Of a stretch of DNA of 64,000 bases, positions 26,917-36,580 are shown piece by piece. The stretch is from positions 103,413 through 167,412 of the forward strand of contig CANJGB010000001.1 of assembly GCA_947473805.1 (NCBI GenBank), in the 5' to 3' direction. Positions within the stretch are counted from its first letter, which is position 1. Each line of letters begins with the position of its first letter. A model generated the notes under the pieces. That model had not been told where the DNA came from, did no database searches, and was given only the letters and a program-made list of their open reading frames with translations. This stretch comes from Alphaproteobacteria bacterium. GTDB lineage: Bacteria > Pseudomonadota > Alphaproteobacteria > Ferrovibrionales > Ferrovibrionaceae. The position numbers and the translations under genes are program-made.

Positions 26917-27009
26917 GAAGGGGCATCCGTTGCTGGGAAGCAATCACACTACAAAGGAAGCGCGCGGCGTGGCAAGGTGCAGCGCAGCATTTTCGTCCCC
27001 GGATACCTC

Positions 27010-27861
27010 ATGGCCATCCTGTCGATCCAGTCGCACACCGTTTACGGCCATGTCGGCAACAGCGCCGCGACCTTCCCGTTGCAGCGCCTCGGCTTCGAGG
27101 TCTGGCCAGTGCCGGCGGCGGTGCTCGCCTTCCACAACGGGCACGGCAAGCCGGCCATCCGCTTTACCCCGGCGGTCGAGGTGCGGGCGCTTGTCGCGTC
27201 GATGGACGGCATTGGCCTGTTCAAAGGCTGCCAGGCCGTGCTGACGGGCTGGCTGGGCCAGGCCGACAATGCCGCCGCTGCGCTGGATGCCGCGCTTACC
27301 GTGCGTACCGCGAACCCGGCTGCCGTGTGGTTGTGCGACCCGGTGATTGGCGAGGTCGGCGACGGCGTCTACGTGCCGCCCGATCTCGCGGCGGCGATTC
27401 GCGACTCGCTGGTGCCTGCGGCCGACATCATCACGCCGAACCAGTTCGAACTGGAATGGCTGACGGGTCGCCGGATAGACAGTCTCGCCACCGCCATTGC
27501 GGCCTTGCGCGCCGGCCTCGACCTCGGCCCGAAGATGGTAGTCTGCACCTCGGTCCGGCGTGAGGACCGCACGCCCGGCCAGCTCGAAACCATGGTGGCG
27601 ACGCGCGACGGCGTCTGGGCCGCCACGACGCCGGAACTGAACGACCTCATCTACGGTGCCGGGGACATGTTCTCCGCCGTGTTCCTCGCCCGCCTGCTGC
27701 GCGGCAAGACGCCGAAGAAAGCCATGGCCTTCGCCACGGCAGCCATCTACGGCGTGCTGCTGGCAAGTGTCGATGGCGGCAGCAAGGAACCGCTGCTGGT
27801 CCAGGCGCAGGCGGAATTTAACGCGCCGAGTTTCAACCCGCGGTGCGAACGGGTGGCCTAG
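27010..27861 (+). CDS. pyridoxal kinase (PdxK/PdxY family)
   Basis: ILSIQSHTVYGHVGNSAATFPLQRLG...VLTGWLG...LCDPVIGE...ADIITPNQFELEWL...GAGDMFSAVF are ribokinase-fold PL kinase motifs. The upstream 350 codons of ORF 25960-27861 are antisense to the lyase gene and are rejected. Confidence 0.87.
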   Translation: MAILSIQSHTVYGHVGNSAATFPLQRLGFEVWPVPAAVLAFHNGHGKPAIRFTPAVEVRALVASMDGIGLFKGCQAVLTGWLGQADNAAAALDAALTVRTANPAAVWLCDPVIGEVGDGVYVPPDLAAAIRDSLVPAADIITPNQFELEWLTGRRIDSLATAIAALRAGLDLGPKMVVCTSVRREDRTPGQLETMVATRDGVWAATTPELNDLIYGAGDMFSAVFLARLLRGKTPKKAMAFATAAIYGVLLASVDGGSKEPLLVQAQAEFNAPSFNPRCERVA

Positions 27862-27864
27862 GTC

Positions 27865-27899
27865 AAAAAGAAATCGCCCGCGCATCGCTGCGCGGGCGA
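27865..27899 (-). terminator. intrinsic terminator after asd
   Basis: On the minus strand, a GC stem TCGCCCGCG...CGCGGGCGA followed by TTTCTTTTT. Confidence 0.6.
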
Positions 27900-27921
27900 C
27901 GGTTCATTCTATCGAAGCGGC

Positions 27922-28944
27922 TTACGCTGCCTTTTTCAGGTACCGCGATCCCAGGATCTCGGCGATCTGCACGGCGTTGAGCGCCGCGCCCTTGCGCAAG
28001 TTGTCCGACACGCACCAGAAGCTGATGCCGTTCTCGACCGTGAAATCGTCGCGCAGGCGCGAGATGTAGGTGGCGTATTCCCCGACGCACTCGATCGGCG
28101 TCATGTAGCCACCGGGCTCGCGCTTGTCGATCACCATGATGCCGGGCGATTCACGCAGGATGTCGCGCGCCTCGTCGGCCGACAGCGGCTGCTCGAACTC
28201 GACATTCACGGCCTCGGAATGGCCGACGAACACCGGCACGCGCACGCAGGTCGCGGTCACTTTGATCTTCGGATCGAGGATCTTCCGCGTCTCCGACGAC
28301 ATCTTCCACTCTTCCTTGGTGTAGCCGTCGTCCATGAACACGTCGATGTGCGGGATCACATTGAACGCAATCTGCTTCGAGAACTTCTTCGGTTCTACCG
28401 AATCGTTCACGTAGATCGCCTTGGTCTGGGCGAACAGTTCGTCCATGCCCTCGTTGCCGGCGCCCGAGGTCGACTGGTAGGTCGACACCACCACGCGCTT
28501 GATCGTCGCGCGGTCGTGCAGCGGCTTCAGCGCGACGACGAGCTGCGCCGTCGAGCAGTTCGGGTTGGCGATGATGCCCTTCTTGCCATAGCCGGCAATC
28601 GCCGAGGCATTGCACTCCGGCACGACCAGCGGCACGTCGGGGTCCATCCGCCACTGCGAGGAATTGTCGATCACGACCGCGCCCTTGGCGGCGATCTTGG
28701 GCGACCATTCCTTCGAGACCGCGCCGCCCGCCGACATCAGGCAGATGTCGATGCCGGTGAAGTCAAAATCCTCCAGCGCCTTTATTTTCAGGACCCGGTC
28801 GCCGAACGTGACCTCCTTGCCGACCGAGCGGCGCGACGCCAGCACGGTGACTTCCGAGGCCGGAAACTGGCGCTCGTGGAGGATGTTCAGCATTTCGCGG
28901 CCCACCACGCCGGTGGCGCCAACGACGGCAACCTTGTAGCCCAT
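27922..28944 (-). CDS. asd: aspartate-semialdehyde dehydrogenase
   Basis: MGYKVAVVGATGVVGREM, NPNCSTAQLVVALKPL and VSTYQSTSGAG motifs. Confidence 0.96.
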   Translation of the reverse strand: MGYKVAVVGATGVVGREMLNILHERQFPASEVTVLASRRSVGKEVTFGDRVLKIKALEDFDFTGIDICLMSAGGAVSKEWSPKIAAKGAVVIDNSSQWRMDPDVPLVVPECNASAIAGYGKKGIIANPNCSTAQLVVALKPLHDRATIKRVVVSTYQSTSGAGNEGMDELFAQTKAIYVNDSVEPKKFSKQIAFNVIPHIDVFMDDGYTKEEWKMSSETRKILDPKIKVTATCVRVPVFVGHSEAVNVEFEQPLSADEARDILRESPGIMVIDKREPGGYMTPIECVGEYATYISRLRDDFTVENGISFWCVSDNLRKGAALNAVQIAEILGSRYLKKAA

Positions 28945-29071
28945 GGTCCTATCCTTAACTTCTGGGGGTCCGGCAAGGTCGGAACCCGCCCCCTAATTCC
29001 GGGGAATGGCGCGGGTTTTACGCCGCGACAGGCGCCCGATCAAGTGGGGGCCAGCGGGCGACTTTCCCACC

Positions 29072-29105
29072 AAAAACAAGGGCGGCGGCCCTGCGGCCGC
29101 CGCCC
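29072..29105 (-). terminator. intrinsic terminator after the HU gene
   Basis: Minus strand GGGCGGCGGCC-GCAG-GGCCGCCGCCC followed by TTGTTTTT. Confidence 0.75.
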
Positions 29106-29128
29106 TGCAGCTTGCAGCCCGGTCTGGC

Positions 29129-29398
29129 CTAGATGTCGCGCAGGCCGACCGCGGCCTTGAAGCGCATGGTTTTGCGCGCCTTGATGGTGATCGGCAGGCC
29201 GGTGCGCGGGTTGAAGCCCTTGCGCGCGGCGCGCTTGACGACGGTGAAGGTGCCGAAGCCCGGCAGAGACAGGCGGCCTTCCTTCTTGGTGACCTTCACG
29301 ATGGCGGCGAGGATGTCGCCGAACGTGCTGTTGGCGGTCGCATTGCTGCAATCGGTGTTCTTCTTGATGATCGCGGTGAGCGTGTTGCGAGCGGACAT
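29129..29398 (-). CDS. HU family DNA-binding protein
   Basis: 89 aa. LPGFGTFTVVKRAARKGFNPRTGLPITIKARKTMRFKA is the HU/IHF arm signature. Confidence 0.92.
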   Translation of the reverse strand: MSARNTLTAIIKKNTDCSNATANSTFGDILAAIVKVTKKEGRLSLPGFGTFTVVKRAARKGFNPRTGLPITIKARKTMRFKAAVGLRDI

Positions 29399-29680
29399 TT
29401 CCGTCTCCCTGAATTGGCTGAAACGCCTGTCCTTGATAACGCAAAAGACGCGTCACGCAAGTGAGTGTGCCGCGCTACGCCGCTGGGAGTCGCACTGCTG
29501 TAGCGGGTCTCGCTGCGGGCCCGCCCGCGAATCGGCGGAAACACTGGACTTACGGGCAGGCCGCGTTGCACGATAGCTGGCGGCTTCGATTCGCCACCGG
29601 CCCTGGCAGTCCGGTGCGCAGGTTTCGCAAAAAGCGCGAAAACCGCAGCGAATCGGGCCTGGTTTGGGAGTGGAACAGGC

Positions 29681-30028
29681 ATGGCGGCCCGTTACGGCTA
29701 CACCATGGGCAGGCGCGAAATGCGCCGCAACCGGCGCGCGGCGCGGCCCCATTTGCGGGTCGAGATCGGCGGCGGCGAGTTCGATGTCATGAACTGGTCG
29801 CTGGGCGGCGTGCTGGTCGCGGCCGGCGAGGCTGCCTGCACCTTCACGGATGGCGCGGTTCTGCCGGGCGTGCTGAAGCGCGCGACCGACCCGGACCGGG
29901 TGGAATTCACCGCCAGCGTCATCCGCGCCGATACCGACGCCGGCCAACTGGCCCTGATGTTCGAGGCGTTGGACGAGGGCCTGTTCGCCTTCTTCGAACG
30001 TTGCATGGCCGCCGCGCTGAGGCGTTGA
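29681..30028 (+). CDS. single-domain PilZ protein (candidate c-di-GMP receptor)
   Basis: RRNRR (RxxxR) followed by NWSLGG (D/N-x-S-x-x-G) at canonical spacing. Confidence 0.7.
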   Translation: MAARYGYTMGRREMRRNRRAARPHLRVEIGGGEFDVMNWSLGGVLVAAGEAACTFTDGAVLPGVLKRATDPDRVEFTASVIRADTDAGQLALMFEALDEGLFAFFERCMAAALRR

Positions 30029-30038
30029 GGAATTGACC

Positions 30039-31052
30039 ATGAATCTGCAGTTCGGCACGGTCGGCTTCTACAACGAGCTCGACGGCTACCTCGAATGGCT
30101 GAAAGTGGCCGAGGGGCTGGGCTACGACCTCGCCTGTTACGGCGACACCCAGAACCTGATGCCCGACATGTTCGTCGGCCTGACCGCCGCGGCGATGACG
30201 TCGAAGCGCATCCGCCTGGCCTCCACCGTGTCCAACACCGTCACCCGCCACCCGGCTGTGATGGCCAGCGGCATCGCGGGGGTGCAGAAACTCTCCGGGG
30301 GCCGGTTCTCGTTCGGTGTCGCGACTGGCGACAGCGCGCTGCGCACGATCGGCGAGAAGCCGGCCAAGATGGCCGACTTCGAGGCCTATTGCCGGGTCTT
30401 GCGGACGCTCTGCAACGGCGAGGAGGCCGACTGGCGCGGCAACAAGTTCAGGCTGAACTGGCCGGTCGTCCCGGTACCCATCTGGTTCGCCGCCGAGGGA
30501 CCGAAGATGATGCACCTCGCCGGCCAGCTGGCTGACGGCGTGATCTTCGCCCATGGCGCCAGCGAGGAGGTGGTGAAGGACAGCATCCGCCGCGTGCACG
30601 ACGGCGCGCGCTCTGCCGGCCGCAAGCCGGAGGATGTCGAGATCTGGTTCTTCGTGAAGCCATACTTCGCGGAAACCGAGGAGGCTGCCTGGCGCGAAGT
30701 GTCGTGGACCATGGCCGCCAGCGCCAACCACGCCTTCCGTTTCAGCATGGAGGGCAAGTTCGTGCCCGAGCATCTGCAGCCCGGCATGCGCCGGTTGATG
30801 GAAGGCTACAATTCCAACGAACACAACCAGTCGGGCAAGACTGCGAACAACGCGCGCATCGTCGAGGAAAACGGCCTGCTCGAATTTCTCGGCCGCCGCT
30901 TCCTAGTGGGCGGACCGACCGACCTGATTATCGAGCGCCTGAAACAGATCGCCTCATGGGGCGCGACCAACATGATTTTCCCCGCCGTCTACGGCGACAA
31001 GATCGGCTACACGACGCGTTTGTGGAACGATGTGCTGACCAAAATGAGATAG
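30039..31052 (+). CDS. LLM class (luciferase-like) flavin/F420-dependent oxidoreductase
   Basis: TIM-barrel LLM pattern: FGTVGFYN...LAGQLADGVIF...LVGGPTDLIIERLKQ. ATG at 30039 (a TTG is at 30033). Confidence 0.8.
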   Translation: MNLQFGTVGFYNELDGYLEWLKVAEGLGYDLACYGDTQNLMPDMFVGLTAAAMTSKRIRLASTVSNTVTRHPAVMASGIAGVQKLSGGRFSFGVATGDSALRTIGEKPAKMADFEAYCRVLRTLCNGEEADWRGNKFRLNWPVVPVPIWFAAEGPKMMHLAGQLADGVIFAHGASEEVVKDSIRRVHDGARSAGRKPEDVEIWFFVKPYFAETEEAAWREVSWTMAASANHAFRFSMEGKFVPEHLQPGMRRLMEGYNSNEHNQSGKTANNARIVEENGLLEFLGRRFLVGGPTDLIIERLKQIASWGATNMIFPAVYGDKIGYTTRLWNDVLTKMR

Positions 31053-31060
31053 GGGCCGTC

Positions 31061-31471
31061 ATGAACCGGTACGCCGTATCACTGGCCGTTCTGCTGCTTG
31101 CCGGCTGCGCCACGGGCAGCGGTGCGCCGCAACTCGAGAACACCACCTGGAACCTCGTCGCTCTCGATGGCGTGCGGGTGAGCGATGGTGTCGGCACGCC
31201 CTACATCCTGCTGCAATCGGCCGAGAAGCGCGTGACCGGTTCCGGCGGCTGCAACCGTATGAACGGCACCTATGTGCTTGATCGCACCGCGCTGACCTTC
31301 GGCCCGGTCGCCGCCACCAAGATGGCCTGCATCAATGCCGGCAAGGTCGAGGACCGCTTTTTCACCACGCTTGGCGCGGTGCGCAACTGGCGGCTCGAGG
31401 GCGCGCATCTCACGCTGCTCGGCGGCACCGGCACGAAGCTCGCGGAATTCGACGCCGCGCCACCGCGCTAA
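31061..31471 (+). CDS. META domain (HslJ-like) lipoprotein
   Basis: Lipobox LLLAGC, then NTTWNLVALDG...RVTGSGGCNRMNGTY...FGPVAATKMAC. Confidence 0.82.
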   Translation: MNRYAVSLAVLLLAGCATGSGAPQLENTTWNLVALDGVRVSDGVGTPYILLQSAEKRVTGSGGCNRMNGTYVLDRTALTFGPVAATKMACINAGKVEDRFFTTLGAVRNWRLEGAHLTLLGGTGTKLAEFDAAPPR

Positions 31472-31476
31472 CCCTC

Positions 31477-31507
31477 AAATGAAAACGGCCCGTCTCGCGA
31501 CGGGCCG
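31477..31507 (-). terminator. intrinsic terminator after the ABC substrate-binding protein gene
   Basis: Minus strand CGGCCCGTC-GCGA-GACGGGCCG followed by TTTTCATTTG. Confidence 0.5.
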
Positions 31508-31532
31508 CTCCACATCTAGCTAGTACCGATGC

Positions 31533-32726
31533 TTACGGGCAATCGACCCGGCGCAGCAGGCCATCGGCCCGCGGCTTGTTGAAATCGGCGATCATGGCCA
31601 GCGACTTCACGCCGTACGCGAAGTGGTTGTCCTTGCTCACCTCGGCGGTGCCGCCGACCAGGCCGGTCAGCTTCGCCGAATTGCCCTCGATCCACTTGGC
31701 GATGGTCGGGCCGTCGGTCTTGCCGCCGGTGCCGAGGTACGCCGCCTTGAAGATATAGGCCGCGTCGTACATGTAGATGACGCTCAGCGGATCGGCCTTC
31801 GTGCCGGGCGCCGCCGCCTCGAGCTTCTTCTTGAACTGCGGCACCGGACCGGCCTCCAGCGGGTCCTTCGGGCAATAGGTGCTGACCTTCGACAGTACGC
31901 CGACCATGCCTTCCAGCGCGCTGTCGCCGGCGATGGTCGAGATCACGCGGTGCAGCGCGGTGGCTGCGATGTTGCCGACGAAGATCGGGTTCCAGCCGAT
32001 CTGCGCCATGCCCTTGCGGGTATTGGCGATGGCTTCGCCGCTGCCGCTGAACATCAGCAGCGCCTGCGGGTCGCCGCGGCGCAGTTTCAAAAGCTGCGGC
32101 AGAAGGTCGGTCTCCTGCAGGCTGATCTGCTCGATGCCCGTCACGTTCATCTTGCGGGCCTCGAGTTCCGCCTTCAGGGCCGCGCCGCCTTCCTTGCCGA
32201 AGGTGCCGTCGTCGTTCAGCACCGCGACAGACTTGGCCTTCATCACGTTCTGCACGTAATTGGCCATGACCTTGGCCTGCAACGCCGCGGTGGCCAGCAG
32301 GCTGAAGTGATAGGGCGCGAATTCCGGCGTCAGAATGCTGGCGCCCGCCGCGCTGACCGACGCGATCTTGGCTTCGTTCAGCACCTGGATGCCGGGCAGG
32401 GTGGTGATGCTGGACGACGGCCCCAGCAGGAAGGCGATCTTCTCCTGGTAGACCAGGCGGCGGGTTTCGGCTGCGGCCTGGGTGGCGTTGTTCTGGTCGT
32501 CACCGATGACCAGTTCCAGCTTGTGGCCATCGAGCCCGCCGGCCGTGTTGATTTCCTTGATGGCGATCTCGGCGCCCAGCCGCGCAGCAAGGCCGTTTGC
32601 CGGCGCGCCGGTGATCGAGGTGAGCAAGCCGACCTTGATCGGCTCCTTGCCCTGCGCGAAGGCGGCGGTGCCCAGCGTCAGCAGCGCGAGGGCGGCGACG
32701 CCGCCCAGCATGAACTTCTTCATCAT
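31533..32726 (-). CDS. ABC transporter substrate-binding protein (LivK/branched-chain amino acid type)
   Basis: Signal peptide MMKKFMLGGVAALALLTLGTAAFAQ, then EPIKVGLLTSITG...AEIAIKEINTAGGLDGHKLELVIGDDQ. Confidence 0.85.
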   Translation of the reverse strand: MMKKFMLGGVAALALLTLGTAAFAQGKEPIKVGLLTSITGAPANGLAARLGAEIAIKEINTAGGLDGHKLELVIGDDQNNATQAAAETRRLVYQEKIAFLLGPSSSITTLPGIQVLNEAKIASVSAAGASILTPEFAPYHFSLLATAALQAKVMANYVQNVMKAKSVAVLNDDGTFGKEGGAALKAELEARKMNVTGIEQISLQETDLLPQLLKLRRGDPQALLMFSGSGEAIANTRKGMAQIGWNPIFVGNIAATALHRVISTIAGDSALEGMVGVLSKVSTYCPKDPLEAGPVPQFKKKLEAAAPGTKADPLSVIYMYDAAYIFKAAYLGTGGKTDGPTIAKWIEGNSAKLTGLVGGTAEVSKDNHFAYGVKSLAMIADFNKPRADGLLRRVDCP

Positions 32727-32752
32727 TGTCTCCCCTGAGTGTTGTTTGATTC

Positions 32753-33652
32753 TTACAAGAACGCGTAACGGTGTTCGGGGATGCCCTTGGCACCCACGTC
32801 GCAACGGAAAATGGCGCCGGCATTCGGCTCGCGCGGGGCGTCGGGCTTCATCGGATCGACCACCGACGTGGTGACGAACATGGTCTTCAGGTCCGGCCCG
32901 CCGAACGCGATCATGGTCGGCAGCATGGTCGGCGCCTTCAGCTCGCGGTCCAGTTCGCCGTTCGGCTTGAAGCGCACGATCAGGCCCGAGCGGTAATAGG
33001 CCAGCCAGTAGCCGCCCTCAGAGTCCACCGCCGCGCCGTCGGGGATGTACCCGGCCGGCACGGTGCAGAACTTGCGCCGGTTGCTGACCGTGCCGTCCTT
33101 GACGTTGAAGTCGAACGCGGTGATTTGCCACTTCGGGCGGTCGGCCACATACATGGTCTTGCCGTCCGGGCTCCAGGCGATGCCGTTGGCCATGGTGATG
33201 TCGTCGATTACTGGCACCAGGCCGCGGTCATCCATGCGATAGAAAAAGCCCGAACCGTCCGGCGCCTTCGCGCCCAGGCGGCGGCGCGTGCCAACCCAGA
33301 AGCGGCCGGCTGGATCGCAGCGGCCGTCATTGTACTGATGGTTGGTGACGTCGTAGGTCGCCTCGTTCAGCTTTTTCGTCGCGCCTGTCGTCATGTTCAG
33401 CGAGAAGATGCCGGTCTCGAGCGAGACCACGGCCATGTCGCGCTGCTTGCACAGGACGAAGCTGCCAATTTCTTCGGGCGTCAGCCATTCGCGGGTCTGG
33501 GTGTCGGCGATGGTCTTGCCGAACGTGGTGCGGTTTAGCGACGGGCGGAACCCGTCGATCCAGTAAAGCGCCTGCTCGTCCTCAAACCAGAACGGCACCT
33601 CGCCGAGACCGGCCTTGGCGTCGAGGACGCACTCCCACTTTGGCTGTTCCAC
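32753..33652 (-). CDS. SMP-30/gluconolactonase/LRE family protein
   Basis: LGEVPFWFEDEQALYWIDG, NDGRCDPAGRFWVGT and ANGIAWSPDGKTMYVAD are six-bladed propeller motifs. GTG start preceded by GGAGG. Confidence 0.87.
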   Translation of the reverse strand: MEQPKWECVLDAKAGLGEVPFWFEDEQALYWIDGFRPSLNRTTFGKTIADTQTREWLTPEEIGSFVLCKQRDMAVVSLETGIFSLNMTTGATKKLNEATYDVTNHQYNDGRCDPAGRFWVGTRRRLGAKAPDGSGFFYRMDDRGLVPVIDDITMANGIAWSPDGKTMYVADRPKWQITAFDFNVKDGTVSNRRKFCTVPAGYIPDGAAVDSEGGYWLAYYRSGLIVRFKPNGELDRELKAPTMLPTMIAFGGPDLKTMFVTTSVVDPMKPDAPREPNAGAIFRCDVGAKGIPEHRYAFL

Positions 33653-33754
33653 TGTTTCCTCCCGCGACGTAAAGCCCGGCGAATGTATTACAGATGCCGC
33701 GCGGTTATTGCGAAAAAATTAGAACCCTGGCGTGAAACAAACTCCGCGATGCGC

Positions 33755-33812
33755 ATCAAGCCGCGAGCTTGTGCAGTTCCCTGATAGGCAGCTCGCCCAT
33801 CTGGACGGTGCC
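33755..33812 (-). repeat. decayed copy of the leuB 3' end (last 18 codons plus stop)
   Basis: 52/58 identical to 34796-34853. Translates [18 protein letters not shown] versus the leuB C-terminus [18 protein letters not shown]. Confidence 0.85.
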
Positions 33813-33821
33813 GGGGAAGGA

Positions 33822-34517
33822 TCAGCGTTCTGGCAAAAGCCACTGGCCGGTTCTGCAGAAGTCCATCTGTCTCTTGTTAATTGAGCCGAACGGTTCTTCC
33901 TGCAACTCGAAGAGATGGACATCGCCTGCGGCCTCATGGTGATAGGCCCAGTTTCTTTTCAGGTACGCTTGCAGGAAACGCGCGTTCGCGGTTCGGCCGT
34001 CAATGACGACGAGCGTGCCGGGCTGTAGAAAAAACTCGAAGGTGACAATGTCCGCCGCAATCGGCATGCGTTCGGGGTTTGCAATCGTGAAACCACGCAC
34101 TTCCTGAGTCGTGGCGTATTGGGATGGCCCGTCAAGATAGATGAGGTCTGGCGAGATATTTGGCGAATTGGAATAAAGGGTGACGAACCTTGAGTCGATT
34201 TGCGTCAGCTCGACCGAACTCCGGTACAGCGAGGCAAAAGGTTTTAGCTCGGCCGAGAGGCGGTTTGCCGTGACGTCGAGAAAGCTTTGCTCTTCCTCCA
34301 CCGAGTGGACATGAAAAGGCTTCTGGCATCGCAGCTTCTTCTTGGCCCAGTCGCCGTAGAAGCGGTCCAGCAGGCTTAGGGCGTGGGCGAATATCGCGGT
34401 GGAAAAGCCTGAGCCGTATTCCAGAACGGAAACGGTTCTGCGGTGAAGGGCCAGCCAATGCAGACGGCAAAGATCATCGACTTTGGGCTCGAACGGCTTG
34501 TCCTCTGAGGGAGACAC
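33822..34517 (-). CDS. class I SAM-dependent methyltransferase-like protein (possibly truncated; see in-frame TAG upstream)
   Basis: VLEYGSGFST resembles the SAM-binding motif I, and LIYLDGP resembles a post-I acidic strand. The sequence is AT-richer than its flanks. The frame continues upstream to the ATG at 34706 except for a TAG at 34610-34608. Confidence 0.5.
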   Translation of the reverse strand: MSPSEDKPFEPKVDDLCRLHWLALHRRTVSVLEYGSGFSTAIFAHALSLLDRFYGDWAKKKLRCQKPFHVHSVEEEQSFLDVTANRLSAELKPFASLYRSSVELTQIDSRFVTLYSNSPNISPDLIYLDGPSQYATTQEVRGFTIANPERMPIAADIVTFEFFLQPGTLVVIDGRTANARFLQAYLKRNWAYHHEAAGDVHLFELQEEPFGSINKRQMDFCRTGQWLLPER

Positions 34518-34796
34518 CGCTCGGGTCAGGTCAAGGTTACGGCTGCGTACCCTGTCCTGCTCGAGTTCTCGACAAAGCCGCTCTATGCCGAAAGCAGCTG
34601 AATAGCGCTAGCAGTGTTCACGATCATTGAAGCTCCCGAGGGTGTAGCCCTCAAGCAGGCGCGCAATTTCCTCGAAAGAACCGAATGATTTGGGGGAGAG
34701 AGTCATTGGATTGGCCTTGTGGAAAGCAACAATGTCTCATCGACAGTCTCCCGCGGCCAGGCACTCCAACGAGCCCGCAACTCGGGCGCGCCGTCA

Positions 34797-35909
34797 TCAG
34801 GCCGCGAGCTTGTCCAGCTCCTTGATCAGCAGCTCGCCCATCTGGACGGTGCCCACCTTGGTCTTGCCCGGCTGCATGATGTCGGGCGTACGGTACCCCG
34901 CCGCCAGCACGTTCTTGATACCCTTTTCGACCAGGTCAGCATCGTCCTGCAGGTCGAACGAATAGCGCAGCGCCATGGCGAAGCTCATCAGCGACGCGAT
35001 CGGATTGGCGACGCCCTTGCCGGCGATGTCAGGTGCCGACCCGTGGATCGGCTCGTACATGGCCAGGCGGCGGCCGGTCGCATCCGGCGCGCCCAGCGAT
35101 GCCGACGGCAGCATGCCCAATGAACCGGTCAGCATTGCCGCCTCGTCCGACAGCATGTCGCCGAACAGGTTGTCGGTGACCATGACGTCGAACTGCTTCG
35201 GGTTGCGCACCAGCTGCATGGCTCCATTGTCGGCCAGCATGTGCTCCAGCTGCACGTCGCTGTACTTCTCGGCGTGCAGCTTGGTGACCTCCTCCTTCCA
35301 GAGGATTCCGGATTCCATGACGTTGTTTTTTTCCAGCGACGTCACCTTGTTGCGGCGCTTGCGCGCCAGTTCGAAGGCGACGGCCGCCACGCGGTGGATT
35401 TCCGACGTGGTGTAGACCTGCGTGTTGACGCCGCGGCGCTGGCCGTCGGGCAGCGTCTCGATGCCGCGTGGCGTGCCGAAATAGACGCCGCCGGTCAGCT
35501 CGCGCACGATCATGATGTCGAGCCCGGCGACCAGTTCCGGCTTCAGCGACGACGCCTCGACCAGCGCCTCGAAGCACACGGCCGGGCGCAGGTTGGCGAA
35601 CAGGTCCATGTCCTTGCGCAGGCGCAGCAGCGCGCGTTCGGGCCGCTTGTCGAACGGCAGCTTGTCGTAGGTCGGGCCGCCCACGGCGCCGAACAGCACG
35701 CAGGCGCGGCTGAGCGCGGATTCCATCACCTTGTCGGTGATCGGCACGCCATGCTTGTCGTACGACGCGCCGCCGACCAGGTCCTCGGCGACGTCAAACG
35801 TCACCGCCCGGCGCTTGTCCATCCAGTTGATGACTTTGCGCACCTCGGCCATGCCCTCGGGGCCGATACCGTCGCCAGGAAGGATCAGCAGGCTCTTGTT
35901 CGCGGCCAT
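34797..35909 (-). CDS. leuB: 3-isopropylmalate dehydrogenase
   Basis: [12 protein letters not shown] and [27 protein letters not shown] motifs. Confidence 0.97.
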   Translation of the reverse strand: MAANKSLLILPGDGIGPEGMAEVRKVINWMDKRRAVTFDVAEDLVGGASYDKHGVPITDKVMESALSRACVLFGAVGGPTYDKLPFDKRPERALLRLRKDMDLFANLRPAVCFEALVEASSLKPELVAGLDIMIVRELTGGVYFGTPRGIETLPDGQRRGVNTQVYTTSEIHRVAAVAFELARKRRNKVTSLEKNNVMESGILWKEEVTKLHAEKYSDVQLEHMLADNGAMQLVRNPKQFDVMVTDNLFGDMLSDEAAMLTGSLGMLPSASLGAPDATGRRLAMYEPIHGSAPDIAGKGVANPIASLMSFAMALRYSFDLQDDADLVEKGIKNVLAAGYRTPDIMQPGKTKVGTVQMGELLIKELDKLAA

Positions 35910-35949
35910 TCGGGCGCTCCGTGTCTTATGGGATGGCGGTTGGGTGGGT

Positions 35950-36567
35950 TCAGCTGGCCTTGGTGTACAGCCAGGGCTCGCCCAGCCGCTGCTTGGCCTC
36001 GAAGTCGTCGATCTTCGGCACTTTCTGCATGGTCAGGCCGATATCGTCCAAGCCGTTGAGCAGGCAGTGCTTGCGGAACGGATCGACGTCGAACTTGATC
36101 GTGCCGCCGTCCGGGCCGTTGATCTCCTGCTTCTCCAGGTCGACCGTCAGCGTGGCGTTGCGGCCGCGGCTGGCGTCGTCCATCAGCTTGTCGATCTCGC
36201 TCTGCGGCAGCTTGATCAGCAGCAGGCCGTTCTTGAACGAGTTGTTGAAGAAGATGTCGGCGAAGCTCGGCGCCACGATGCAGCGGATGCCGCCGTCCAG
36301 CAGCGCCCACGGCGCATGTTCGCGCGACGAGCCGCAGCCGAAATTCTCGCCGGTGATCAGGATGCTGGCGCCCTTGAACTTCGGATCGTCCAGCACGAAC
36401 GGAATGGGCGAACCGTCGGGCTTGCGGCGCATGTTGCCGAACAACCCCTTGCCAATGCCCGCGCGCTCCACCGTCTTCAGGTAGGCGGCCGGGATGATCA
36501 TGTCGGTGTCGATGTTCGCCAGCGGCAGCGGCGCCGCGGTCCCGCTAAGGGTCTTGAACTTGTCCAT
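35950..36567 (-). CDS. leuD: 3-isopropylmalate dehydratase small subunit
   Basis: [21 protein letters not shown] is the LeuD signature. Confidence 0.97.
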   Translation of the reverse strand: MDKFKTLSGTAAPLPLANIDTDMIIPAAYLKTVERAGIGKGLFGNMRRKPDGSPIPFVLDDPKFKGASILITGENFGCGSSREHAPWALLDGGIRCIVAPSFADIFFNNSFKNGLLLIKLPQSEIDKLMDDASRGRNATLTVDLEKQEINGPDGGTIKFDVDPFRKHCLLNGLDDIGLTMQKVPKIDDFEAKQRLGEPWLYTKAS

Positions 36568-36580
36568 TGCGATGCTCCCG

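Noticed and set aside
25960-27009. N-terminal 350 codons of the 633-aa ORF 25960-27861
   Set aside because: This part is antisense to the CitE-type lyase gene and is low-complexity. Recognisable pyridoxal kinase sequence begins only at the ATG at 27010.
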